DNA of 63,864 nucleotides, the filler included, from Klebsormidium nitens (taxonomy: Eukaryota; Plantae; Klebsormidiophyceae): the NCBI GenBank assembly GCA_000708835.1. It is 10 parts of 10 records of this genome, joined end to end, with 100 filler letters (N's around TTAATTAATTAA, not from the genome) between each part and the next. Parts side by side here need not be neighbours in the genome. Positions count along the whole stretch, not along the records: positions 31,503 to 34,847 come from DF238583.1; positions 34,948 to 42,658 come from DF237100.1; positions 42,759 to 46,445 come from DF238556.1; positions 46,546 to 53,837 come from DF238300.1; 6 more parts are not named here. One strand, given 5' to 3'. Both the position numbers and the translations under genes were made by a program. Of the stretch, positions 34,069-46,642 are shown in pieces; position 1 is the first letter of the stretch, and the number at the start of each line of letters is the position of its first letter. Under the pieces are notes generated by a model, which worked only from the letters and a program-made list of their open reading frames with translations, made no database searches and had not been told where the DNA came from.

Positions 34069-35002
34069 AGGTGGTCGACATGTTTTAGTTGCTTCGACTT
34101 CATGCTTCTGTATAAGGTGGAACCAATTCTAGCGCCCGCTTGAAGGGGGCGACCGCTTTTTTCATTGATTTGGAGCCGGCTGCTCCGAACTCTATCGGTC
34201 AAGTCCATCTTACAACTACCACCAAAAGCTGCTTGTACTCGAAAAGACCTTATTGTTTCAGACGCCATGATAAATCAGTATGTTACTACTTCAACAAAAA
34301 AAATGCTATCGGTCATGTGATGCGTGATCAACCTCTTATGAAGTTGACTAGAGACAAGCTAAGTACTCTTATGCGGGAGGTGCAATAGATCCACCTAGTT
34401 TCTCGAGATTGAATTTTTGTCTATTGATCTTGAATCAAACTTTAGAACCATAGCAAATCTTTGTTTCTGTGGTCTCAAGGGTAGGTCGTTTTATTCTGTT
34501 TTAACACACGAACGGCTCTGCTAGAGATTTTGCTACACAAATCTGACAAAGCTTTTTGAAGTAACTACTTATCAACTTGAGAAAAGTGCACTTTTCTCTA
34601 ACAAATGTCGCTGCCGATAGCAATTTCCAAGATGTAAATGTTGTGTGACTTTTTCCCGTCATTATTTTTTGACATACAGGATTGATATAAATAGGTTACC
34701 ATGTCTCTCATGTGTCGTGCGATATGACGTCCTTGCGAGATGACGTCCTTGACATGCGATCATGGCCAAAATGAAAAAGATATGTACAATCATAGGCACG
34801 CATCATCATCTCATGATCCGAAGACTTCTAAATGCGACTCGCACAGTNNNNNNNNNNNNNNNNNNNNNNNNNNNNNNNNNNNNNNNNNNNNTTAATTAAT
34901 TAANNNNNNNNNNNNNNNNNNNNNNNNNNNNNNNNNNNNNNNNNNNNGGTTTCCGCACATGTGAAGTGGACAGGCAGCGTGTGACCCTGTCCAACCGTCA
35001 CA

Positions 35003-38000
35003 TGGAGGGGATGACCAACCCAGTGGGGCTAGTGATGAGAAGAACCCCAGGGCAATTCGGATGGAGAAGCCCCTGAAGGTGATGGCGTCCAGGATGACCA
35101 GCAGGTTGAAGAGGAGGCAGCTGTGGAAGAGGAAGCTGCCCAGGAGTCCTCAGGCGTTGCTGGCTAGGGGCCATTTAGCCCTGACCTGAAGGAGAGGGTC
35201 AGGCAACTAGAGAAGCAGCTGGCAGATCTAGTATTTGGGAAGGTGAAGTCAGGTAGCTCTTTCCAGGGGGTCAAGCTAAGGCCAACTGATCCACCCAAGT
35301 ATGCCGGTGGTAACAGAGCCGTTGTCAAGGACTGGCTAGCCACGATGGTACAGTGGTTAGGCTTGGGCAGCTGTGTGCCAGAGCAGAGGGTTCCCCCCGC
35401 CCAGACTTTCTTGACAGGAGGTGCAGCTAATCTCTGGAGAGCAAAGAGTGCTGCCCTCCAAGTCCAGGGTGTTGATATCCAGGATTGGGATGTCTTTGCC
35501 AGAACCCTGGAGCAGGCCTTTGGGCACCAGGATCCAGAGCAGAATGCAAGGGACAAGTTGGATGTCCTCAAGCAGACTGGCTCAGTGGAGGATTATGCTG
35601 ACAAGTTTCAGTCTTTGCTGGCTGAGATTGTTGCCATGCCTCCCTCAGAGGGTGACTTGCTGCAGAAGTTCAGAAATGGGCTTAAGGCAGACATTCAGAT
35701 GGCAGCAAGCATTGACCCTGTCACAGGCACTAGGTGGATGAATTTGCAGAAGTTCATTTCTCTTGCTTGTGCTACTGATGCTTCTAGGGCCCAGACTACT
35801 AAGGGGAAGCAGGCCAGTGACAAGTCAGAGCAGGGAAAGTCCTCTTGTTCAATGGCTAGTTACAAGGATAAGCTCAAGGGCAAGAGGCCCCATGAGTCAT
35901 CCCAGAGCCAGCCAGCCAAGAAGTCTAAGACAAGCCAAAATAAGCAGAAGTCAGAGCAGAAGGCTAAAGATTGGGAGCACAACTTCGCGTGCTTCCTTTG
36001 CCACAAGCCAGGCCACAGGGCTAAGGAGTGCCCTGATAAGCCTAAGAACAGCAGAGTGGATTTTGCGAAGGCCAAGTAAAGGAAAGTGAGGCTTTGCTTG
36101 GACAGATAAGTCAGAAGATTAACTGTGTGAAGAACCAGAGAGTTGATCTCTCCCCTGAAGTGTTTCAGCAGGTTCAACAGTTAACCGGAAGAGACTTTAC
36201 GAAGTTCGTGAGCTCTAAAGGTGTTCTTCATTCTTCAGACTTCCACTCACTTGACCAGATGTCCTTTCATGATCTCTCTAGCCATCATTCTTGGTTGAAT
36301 GCAGTCAGAAGCGGATTAAGATCTTGTTTGTTACATTATCAAGACTGTAAAAGGAAAGCTCCTTCTACAACCTCGGCTTGCATATTAGTACCCAAGCGCA
36401 GACGTGGCTCTGTGGGTACTCTGTTGCATCGATGGACAGTGGTAATGGAAATACCCACTGGTCAATTGATACATGTGTGGAAAGATGGAAAGATCCATCT
36501 AGAGAAGTCAAGGTATGCTATGCAAGTTCTCTATGATCCAGTGCGATCAAAACAGTTGCATCATGTTTACCAAGATGGTCGAGTGACTATGCAATTTGTT
36601 GGTAAAGCAGCTGGAACAGAAGTAGACATTCTGTTCGACAGCGGTGCAAGTACCAATTACGTGTCTAGTGCTTTTGCTAAGATGCATGGCCTAACCGTAA
36701 AAACCAGTGAGACTAATGTGCGGTTGGGCACAGGGACTAGTGTCTCCGCCCAGGGCGAGTGCGCTGTGCATATCAAGCTGGGCGATTATCAAGACAGAGT
36801 GGAATGCTATGTCCTTGATATGGTAACGGATTTCCAAATGATACTTGGAGACACGTGGCTAAACATGGTAAAAGCTACCTTCGATTATGACAGCAAGAAG
36901 TGCGTCATTCGAAAGAATAACAAAAGGTTTACTCTCTCGTCTAGCACTCGCTCTATGCTTCGTCTTAGATTGTCTTCTCGTGGTAAGAGGGCGCCGCCAA
37001 TGCTTTTTGCTATGCAGGTGAAGTGGGCGCTCAAGAAGGGCGATCAAGTAATGATAGTTCAACTCAGCGAACTGAAATTTGACTCTCAGATCCCTGCAGA
37101 TAAGAAGCTGGCTGAGTTTCTGAAGGAGTACGAGGATGTCTTCAAGCTGGAGTTACCTCGTGGGCTGCCTCCTGAGCGGAACGTGGGTCACTCCATTCCA
37201 GTGGAACCGGGTGCCCCGCCTCCGTTTCGGCCAACATATCGGAGCCCAGTGGAGCAGGCAGAGGTTAAGTCGAAGCTAACCGATCTTTTGGAGAAGGTTT
37301 GGTTGAGCCGAGTACTTCTCCTTATGGTGCACCAATCCTGTTTGTTGGCAAGAAGGATGGTTCTTTACGTATGGTTCAGGATCATCGTTACCTAAACAAG
37401 ATTACGATTAAGAATTGGTACCCTCTTCCCAGGATTGATGACTTGCTCGACAGTATTTCTGGTATGAAATACTTCACCTCCCTTGACTTGACGTCTGGTT
37501 ATTTTCAGATTCGCATCACAAAGGAAGACGTTTCGAAGACGGCTTTTCGGACGCCTTTTGGTTTGTATCAGTTCAAGGTGTTAACTTTTGGGTTAACGAA
37601 TGCACCTGCTACTTTCCAGTCTGTAATGAACGACATGCTCAGGCCCTACGTTGAGAAGTTCGTCGTTGTGTATCTGGATAATATCCTGATCTTCAGCAAG
37701 ACAGCTGAAGAGCATCTGTCTCACCTTAGACAGGTTTTATAGACGTTAAGGGAAAACCAGTTTATGCAAACCCGAAGAAGTGTGACTTTATGAAGGAAGA
37801 GATTTCTTTCCTGGGTCATCGGGTTAGCGCTAACGGTCTCAAGGTTGACCCGGAAAAGGTTCGAGCAGTGGCTGATTGGAAGGTTCCAAGAGACGTCCAT
37901 GATGTTCGTTCATTTCTTGGGTTAGCGAGTTATTTTCGAAGGTTTCTTCAAGGTTATTCAAAGATGGTTGTCCCGCTAACCGACTTGACCAGGAAGGATA

Positions 38001-40598
38001 TGCGTTTTATATGGACCAGCGAATGCCAAGAGGCATTCGAGAAGGTTAAGCACGCCTTGACTAATGCACCTGTCTTGGCGCCCCCAGAGTTGGGAAAACC
38101 TTTTGAAGTGGTTTCGGACGCTTCTGGTGTTGGATTAGGGGCGGTTTTGTTACAGGACGGACGTCCGGTGGCTTTCGAAAGCAGGAAGCTTTCTCCAGCT
38201 GAACAGAATTATACCGTTACCGAACAAGAAATGCTTGGAGTGGTCAATGCTTTGAAGACCTGGCGATGTTATTTGGAAGGCAGTGATTTCACCGTTGTGA
38301 CAGATCACTGCCCCGATACCTTCTTCGATACTCAGGTGAACCTGTCAAGACGGCAGGCTCGCTGGTCAGAGTTTCTTTCCAGATTCAAATTTGATTGGGA
38401 ATACCGTCCTGGAAGGACGAATGTTGCCGATCCCTTGAGTCGAGATCCCTTACAGTCAGTCTTGCTGTGCTTTATGAGGGGGAAGAAACGAGCCGGGGGA
38501 AAGGGGCTGCAGACCCGGACCCGCCGTGGCGCCAACGAGCATGTATCTTCAGTTAAAGTTACCAACCCTGATGTTTCCGGTGTAGATTTGCTGGAGTTGT
38601 TCAGGGAAGGATACGTGGCTGATGCTTGGTTCCAATCGAGTGACAACCTGAATGGGTTCGAGTATTCGACTGAAGATGGGTTGTGGTATTTCGACAACCG
38701 GGTGGTTGTGCCTGCTGGTGCATCTTGTGAGAGAGTTTTAGAGGAAGCTCACGACTCACCTTACAGAGGACATTTCGGGAAACACAAAGTTTTGCACCAG
38801 ATTAATCAAAACTTTTGGTGGCCTGGTTGGAGGAAGGATGTTGAAGGTTATGTGTTCGGTTGCCTTGTGTGTCAGCGTAACAAGGCTCAGACGGTTAAGA
38901 AAGCAGGGTTATTGCAACCGCTTTCTATACCGAGCTTTGAGTGGGAAAGTGTGAGTATGGATTTCATTACTCAACTCCCCGTAACCAAGACAGGTTATGA
39001 CGCTATTGCTGTGTTTGTGGACAGGTTAACCAAGATGGTTCACTTTGTCCCGACTTACACGGACTGCTCGGCAAGGGACGTAGCTCGTCTGTTTAACGAC
39101 ACAGTCTTTAAGCATCACGGATTGCCTTTAGAACTTATTTCGGATAGAGATCCCCGGTTCACATCTAAGTTCTGAACTGAGTTGACTCGCTTGTTGGGCA
39201 CAAAGCTCAAAATGTCAACTGCTTTCCATCCTCAGACAGATGGTCAGACGGAGAGGTCTAACCGAGTTCTTGAAGATTATTTAAGGCATTATATCAGTCC
39301 CTCTCAAGATGACTGGGATGAGTGGTTGCCTCAGGCTGAGTTTTCGGTAAACAACGCTTGGCAAGAATCTATCAAGAACACTCTGTTTATGCTTAATTTC
39401 GGACAGCAACCGCGTACACCTCTTAATTAGAGCGGTGGTAGGGAAGTTCGTGTTCCCCAAGCCAGTAACTTTGCGAGAATCTTGGAAGAGAATCTGGCAC
39501 GTGCCAACGCTTCTTTTCATGCGGCTCGGTCTCGTCAGAAGTTATTTGCTGACAAAAAAACGTCGTGAAGTGGAGCTGAAGGTGGGACAAGACGTCTTAC
39601 TTTCTACAGTCAACTTCAAGCTTGTGCATCCAGGGACGCGCAAGTTGTTGCCCAAGTGGGTAGGACCGTTCAGAGTAATCGAACGGATTGGCAAGGTCGC
39701 CTACAAGGTAGAGCTTCCGCCAAACCTTAAGATGCATAGCGTGTTTCACGTTCAACTTCTGAAGGAGTATCGAAGTAATGGAAAGGTGCAGCCGCCCCCA
39801 CCTCCCATTGAAATCGATGACTCATTAGAATATGAGGTGGAACGAGTACTCGGACACCGCGAAGTTAAACGTGGTAAGGGAACCAGAAAAGAATTTCTGG
39901 TTAAGTGGCTCGGATATGAGCACGAACATAATACCTGGGAGCCAGAGAAGCATCTAACACACTGTGAAGATCTTTTCGCAGATACTGGGCTGATGTTGCT
40001 ACTTCTCCACAGGGTGTACGAGAGAAGCAAGCAGAGCTCATGAAGAAACGGAAAGCAGCGGAACTGGAACGGAACCGCTCCGTTGAATAGACTGCAAGTG
40101 AACCTGCAGGTCGTAGGAAAGTTTCTACAAGACGTCGATGAAGTCATCGAACGGTGGACTAGAGCTAGCCCACAGAAAAGAGTTCAAGATAAAGTGTGTT
40201 TATAACTAACTTCCATCTTTTTTTCTGCAGGGTGAGGTAGGTCCTAGTGGCGGTTGGTTGTTATCACCTGAGGACTAGACAGTACTCGAGTGACGGCAGT
40301 TAATCGTCACTGAGACTTGTCATCCGCTTTTGGTGCTCGGGTGTGTTCCCCTGCATGCTGTATCGTCAAGTAAGAGTTGACGAAATACTCGAGGTTCTCT
40401 AAGTAACTTTGGGTCGAACCCACAACTTGTTAGCTCGAAGAATCTAAACTTTATAGACTTGTCGAGACAGGTGTCTCCTGGTGATCTTCGATTAACAACC
40501 GTCACTCTAGGTGGGGGGCGTTCCGGGTTAAACTGACCCCCCTGCCGACTCGTCCGAGCCGGTTCCTGACTGGATGTGTGGCTGTGACGACGGGGGAG
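35003..40598 (+). mobile_element. Ty3/Gypsy chromovirus LTR retrotransposon internal region, degraded
   Basis: gag with CFLCHKPGHRAKEC knuckle (35243-36079); protease LFDSGAS; RT (YPLPRIDDLLD, YLDN in place of YLDD); RNase H (VVSDASGVGLGAVL); integrase HHCC and WESVSMDFITQLP; chromodomain YEVERVLGHR...FLVKWLGYEHEHNTWEPE. Several stops and frameshifts. PPT-like GACGGGGGAG at 40589-40598. Confidence 0.96.
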
Positions 40599-41807
40599 TG
40601 TAGTCCGTGGGCTTCGAAGTGCGCCCCGGGGTGGGATCCGATCACGAGCCCCCCTCCTACGCTTTTGACAGGTGACGAAAATTCTGCACGAGTTTTTAAT
40701 ATTCTCGTGGACAGACGTAGCCACTCTCCTTTCTTTTAACCAATGGGTAGAGCGTTTGCTCACTGGTCGAAGGAACGGGGAGGCTTTTGTTAAGTGTGCC
40801 TAACCGAGTGGTTACGCACCTGTTTATGTCTTTTGTTAAGACAGCAGTGGCTGCCCTGTGGGATCTTGGACGCGTGGTAAGATACCATGCTTCTATCAAT
40901 CCAGGATCCCAGCGGCAACTTTTGTTAACCAGGTGGTTGACGGTAAACCAAGTGGTTAGTGTTGTCTTTTATTCGAATAAGTGATTTTGAATTGACAACA
41001 TGTCACCTCGTCCAGTGAGGCTTCAATCTAGTGGCAACGCTACAAGGCTGAAGCCTCGCTGTTCGAGGAACTTTTGTTAGCCAGAGGCTAATGAGAAAGA
41101 GTTTTACTAACCAGATAGTTAGTGTGATCTGTCAATCGAATAAGTAATTTCGTAAAGACAAGAGCAACAGCAGGAAGCGGGGAAGCAACGCTTTTTACTT
41201 CTGGTGTTAGCCAGGTGGGCTACCACAAGTAACCCTTTGCTAACCTCTTGGGGTAGTAATCGGTACGCCGGTCAGCTGTTTGCTAACCTTTGTGGTTATC
41301 TATTAGCAGGCGCTCGATGCGCACGACCGCGTGCTCTGCAGATGGCAGATCGACGATAGTTATCGACGGATGTTGATATCGGCGGTCTAGAAACTTTTGA
41401 CGTCGCGTGACGCAAATTTCTAGCCCACAAGGACCTGGGATCGATTCTCGGAGGTTCATATACTTGCCTTTTGAGAGGCACAGTATCATTGGTCAATATC
41501 TGGCAAAGCCCGAGGAGCCGGTCTGGTGCGGCCGAAGTGGTACCAGACCGACTCCAAGGGCCCTGTCAGAAATTGGTCAATGACTTTTACAGGTGATATA
41601 ATCTTCCATTACTTTTGCGATGTGCTCCCCGGAGATTCGCACTAGAAGGGAAGATTTGTAACGGGCTACTATACCACCTCTATACTTAGGGCAACAGTCC
41701 CATAGGTATTCCAGGTGTATGGTCGCCAGAGTTATGCTCGACAGGTGTCTAGCATATCACGTGACTTGACGTTCGCTCGCGCGCGCGGCTGCGTCCCAGC
41801 GCGTACA
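40599..41807 (+). repeat. Probable 3' LTR of the Gypsy element (right end uncertain)
   Basis: Begins TGTAG directly after the purine tract. Candidate TACA ends at 41044 and 41807. No second full LTR is present to confirm. Confidence 0.4.
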
Positions 41808-42758
41808 GTTATAGGATAGATTCCTAAGTCTTGCATAGTTTGTCAAGTAATTAGATACGTACATCTGGCTACTTGAGTTCAAACTATAACGGGTCGTAGT
41901 CCGAGTCTTGCTTGTGCACTGGTAGTGCACACTCAAATTCATAGACTGGTGCAGTGCCATCGCTTATGGAATGCACACTAGTAAGCAGGAGCCTGCTAGA
42001 CTCCCAAGTGGGAGAGGGGATGGCTAAGTAGCCTGAAACCCACCAAAGGTGTAACCTTTACACCACCTCTCTCTGGAAGTTTATCAAAGTGCGCCTCTAG
42101 GTGTTTTTCAGCATCCAAGGTGCCTTCGTCAGGGACTCTTAGAATTGGTGCCGTCACACCCAACCCTTGCGCCAGTAGGCACTTCTGCCATAGCAAAACC
42201 TAGGGTGCCAGCGTGTTCGTGCAGCGTTGCTGCTGCTTGGCGCCTCCTCCCCAAAAACCTCAATACACGTGACCTCTTACACCCGTTCACTGTTTATTTT
42301 AGAGACTTGCTGTTGACTTGTTCTTAAAAAGTGTCACTCTGGCAGCTTAGACACCCTCTCGCTTTTGGGTGCTCACAGAACAAGGTTTGTTCGCCCCGGC
42401 AAAGGCACTTGCACGCAGTTTCATACCAGTTAACTCATACACGCGCGCGCATCCGGCGACTCGGTTTGACTTTTCGCTCCAGAACTTAAGGCGAAAAGTT
42501 ACGTAACCGGCGCCTAACCCTTAAATAAGCGTCCGAGGTATTCGGTATTTAAGGCCTAGGAACCGGGACCGAGTCACTCTCTTTTAAGTGGCTACCGAAT
42601 TGATGTGGCACAACCGGGCTGGCTGGAACTTGCATCTGGAGGCTGGGGGTCCGACCCCNNNNNNNNNNNNNNNNNNNNNNNNNNNNNNNNNNNNNNNNNN
42701 NNTTAATTAATTAANNNNNNNNNNNNNNNNNNNNNNNNNNNNNNNNNNNNNNNNNNNN

Positions 42759-45700
42759 TTGAGCAGTTCGACAATTTTTCTGAGCTGCGCCATCGCTGGA
42801 GAACGCCTGCTTCCATGGTTTCCGCACATGGTTGCTGATCGTGTGTAGTTCTTCTGCCAGCTCTTCGCATACAGCTGGCCAACCGTCACAATATTTCCTT
42901 TAGTAGAACCACTTGAGACGCTGCGACCCTCATCAATCGGAGCACAGCCTGCAACTGCGCGACAGAAGGAAGCCCCGTAGATTGTCAGTCGGCCTGTTGC
43001 AGAAAAGAATCGGTGAAAAACGAGAATCACAAAGTTGTCTCCAACCCCGAACTGGTGAATGATGAATACCCCTGCGCCTCAAGAGGTCGCACTTTGCAAG
43101 CTGAATTAGCAATGACCAACCAATTTCTAAAAGCAGACAGTCTTTTCGGCCAAGCAACTCATCTGGCAGCCCACAGAGGACGACCAACACTGCCCGATAA
43201 CCCAATGTCGTCTCCCAATTTCCACCCACCAGATCCCGTAAGCGAGCGTGTAACAAACATCTCAAAAGGGAGTGATCTCAATTCGCCAGTCTTCAATATC
43301 CAGTCCCGCTCAGACAAAGACGGATGACAACCAAGGGTTGCAATCTGGTCCACCAGTGTCCGTTCAATCATTCGTGAATAAGCCCTCAAACAACAGAAGG
43401 CCCTATGCGAACGATGAACGGCCATTTAAAAGAGAGAAACATCGACAGCAAAACAATGTAATCAGAAGCTCCGCAACCAAAGCTAAGGCCCTTTGGTGTC
43501 ACTGTCAAGTTGTTAGTCCTGCTACCAATGCTGATAAAGTGAGAAGCCGAAGCGAACCACTTACAGCTCCACCGAACCCCTCCACGTACTGTCTCAGCAT
43601 CTCCCGCGCTCGCTGAGGGTCGATGGGCGTGAGGAGATGCGTTGTATACACGTACTGGGAGTCCGCGGGCGGCATGAGCTCCCTCAGGAGAGTGCCCGCC
43701 ACGATCGTGTACATGCAGATCCCCTGTTGGCTGCCTTGGCTCTGCGCGGCCGTGGCCGTCGTGCACCGGTACGCTTGCGTGGCCATGGTCATGTCCCGGC
43801 CGTACTCTTGAGCGTGGGCAGGGCTGTTGACGTCCTTCACCATCTGGTGCCCCTCGTCCTTGATGAGGAGGACGAGGACGGTGTCGACATCCTGGCGACG
43901 ATCCAGAGTGACGGGGTTCACCAACGACAGATGGTGTTGCTTGATCGCCCGCATGACTGCAGTCAGACAAGAAAGGGGAATGTGACCAGGAGCCGATGCA
44001 GCCGCAGATCATGGAGCACCTGCACTTTCTTTTTGACGATTGTCACAATGTTAGCGGGGGGCGTTTCGACAGACAAGCGAGGCCACAACAATGTCAAACA
44101 GTTCGAGAACCTTGGGTTTTGAGCAGCCTCGTCAGAGCTTTGAAGAGCATTACCCTACATCACACAAGAATCCGACAAAATCCGACATCTGCGCTTAGTG
44201 CTCCCTGCTGTCATGGATTCTGCAAAGGCCAAAGTACGGGAAGAATGAGGGTCCAAACCTGAAGGCCAGAGGAAAAAGTTTCCAGTAGAATCAACTCCGA
44301 GCCACGAGAGGTGCATCAACAGGGTGGAGTAAGTGGACGCTCATTCGACAAGATTTTGTTTTGGACTGTGGGAAGTTGTCGAATTCGACAATTGCGCAAA
44401 GGAAGCAACCAGATTGCAGGCCAGCTACTCGTACATCCAACCGATGATGACCCGCATCTAACAGGACTTGCATCAGAGGTCGAGAGTGGAGATCGAGGAA
44501 AAACTTGGCCCCAACCTTACGCTGGCACTGCAAAAATGTGTTTTTGGTGCCAGACGTTCCTTGTAACGACAATGAACCTCTGAGAAGTCCCTGAACCTTG
44601 TACGTTGCAAAATTGCAGCAATAGAGTTCTTGAACGCATTGGATCAAGCACAGTGCATCGAAACGCTCGTACAAGAATGAACACAGGGTCAAGGCTCCTA
44701 ATGAAAAGGACACAAGACCAGAAGAAAGAACAATGACGGGATTGAAAACTGATCGTCCACTTTAAAGATTGGAAGACACACGTTACAACCGGTAGGATAC
44801 AACCGGCAAGAAAGTGTCACGAATTTAGGCAGGAGAAGACAAAAGTTGGAGTTCGAATCAACAAATGCTCCCAGCTTAAGGTCCCTACCATTTCTCAATA
44901 TGCACTTACCTCGAACAAATTTCCACACCCTTATTAAGGCAGTGGCATCGGGACCTGACGAGGCCCTCACCACACTCAGCAAAATCGAGACTCTTCCGGT
45001 CCCTCGCCACAACAGACCAGATCTGTCCACATCGGCTTACCTGTTGCCATTTCGAGCGTGTTGGCAAGCGAACCGAGCGCAGCTCGCACGTCCGCAGGCT
45101 TCTGTTGTACGTATCCACACAGAACCCGAAGCGCCTCAGAATACCGCGCAACCTTGGTCCCGACTTTGAGCTCCTCCGAGTCCACCGAGAGCCCGTCTCC
45201 CATAAAGTCGAGGTATATCGGGATGGTGGTGACCTCCGACTGTCATAAGTCCACGTACTCCCGTGCCATCTCTCCACCCAGAGACCCCTCCCGCTCCAGA
45301 ATTTCGGCCACAAGCTGTTCCGGGGGTTCGGTTTTCGGGAACCGCAGCAGCTCTTGCATGAGACGGGTCTTTCCCGAACCCGTTGGCCCCTCCACGTAAG
45401 CAAGGCCAGGGTAGCCCTCCTTGGCGTGCTCGTTCCCTTCCTTCATCCCTTTGTACGCCATCGCCATCTGCATGAAGAGCGAACCTAAGTGAGAACAATC
45501 GCCCTTCTGATCCTGCAAACATCTAACATGAAGATAAAAGAAGTGGGACCTTGTTCCTCAACTTCGGTACGACGACCTTCGGGCGGTGGTGCACCGCGTG
45601 GGAATGGCAGCTGTCTGGATGAACCCAAGAAGAGACCATAAAAGACGGCAAGCAGACTGCCAGCAATAACCAAAAAAAGAAGGGGAAATCTCAAGCTGGC

Positions 45701-46412
45701 AATGAAAAGTGGTTATCTGCGCAAGTAGGAAGGGCGATGATGCTGCCAAACTGGTTAGAGCAATCGAAGCATTGGAATTACGTGAGAAATCCAAAGACAA
45801 AACTCAAATGTCTCGATGCAAAACCTTAGAGAGGGGCGTCCAACTGCTAGCCAGCTGGCAGGAAAGTGACAGAGGCAAACAAAGGCAGAACCTCGCTCAT
45901 ACTGGCAAAGATGGTGCTTGACCTCCCCTTCAAAAAACACAAGTGATTGTTCCCAAGTTGACAGTACGAACAACTGGCAGAGTCAACACTTCGCTCTGGT
46001 CAACACTTCGCTCTGGTGAAATTTAAGGGCAGATGGGTCGAGCCCGTCTGCTCGGTTTGGAAGGGGCCATGGCTCTGAAAATGGCTTACACTTTTGTCAA
46101 GAAACCAAGAGGTTGCTCAAATTAGCAAGTGAATCTGGTCTCAGTAAATGATGCTAAGAATCTGTGCAAAGGGTGGCCAGTTCACAGCAAAGGGCTCAAT
46201 TTTTTACAGTAAAACGACATAAGATAAGCGTCAAACCCTAGAAACCCCTGTCAAAAAGGTATGTCATGGTACTGCGAGAGCTTCCGCCGTACCTTAGAGA
46301 GAATGTTGAGAAGGTCCGAAGTCCGCTCAATGAACGGCAGCTCGTTGGACTTGGGCGTGACAGGTGTAACCTCCAGCTTTGTCCTTGTTAGATAGTTGGC
46401 GACCGGGGCCAT
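42759..46412 (-). pseudogene. Spliced P-loop NTPase, Crinkler (CR-NTPase)/STAND-like, with a premature stop
   Basis: Exons 46293-46412 (ELPFIERTSDLLNIL), 45041-45512 (Walker A VEGPTGSGKT, IPIYLDF; in-frame TGA at 45243-45245) and 43565-43956 (Walker B VLLIKDEG) join in phase. Downstream exons are degraded. Confidence 0.65.
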
Positions 46413-46415
46413 TTG

Positions 46416-46445
46416 TGTGACGGTTGGACAGGGTCACACGCTGCC
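46416..46445 (-). repeat. 30-bp LTR-end-like sequence identical to 34973-35002
   Basis: The reverse complement GGCAGCGTGTGACCCTGTCCAACCGTCACA matches 34973-35002 exactly and ends in CA. Confidence 0.7.
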
Positions 46446-46642
46446 NNNNNNNNNNNNNNNNNNNNNNNNNNNNNNNNNNNNNNNNNNNNTTAATTAATTA
46501 ANNNNNNNNNNNNNNNNNNNNNNNNNNNNNNNNNNNNNNNNNNNNATTTTCGCTCAAAAAAACGCCCCGACCTGTGCAATATTTTTTGCTGTTAGAGGAG
46601 CGTGGATTGATTGGCAGCACCACAAGGGCTTTTGCACTTCTG

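Noticed and set aside
41996-42658. Possible gag start and LTR end of another minus-strand retroelement
   Set aside because: There are only short ORF fragments, with no diagnostic motif or clear PBS.
42817-42830. 14-bp identity (GGTTTCCGCACATG) with the first bases of the Gypsy contig (34948-34961)
   Set aside because: It is too short to interpret. It could be a paralogous insertion junction or chance.
44521-44527. 7-nt micro-exon-like AG...GT bracket in the NTPase intron
   Set aside because: The flanking exons already join in phase without it.
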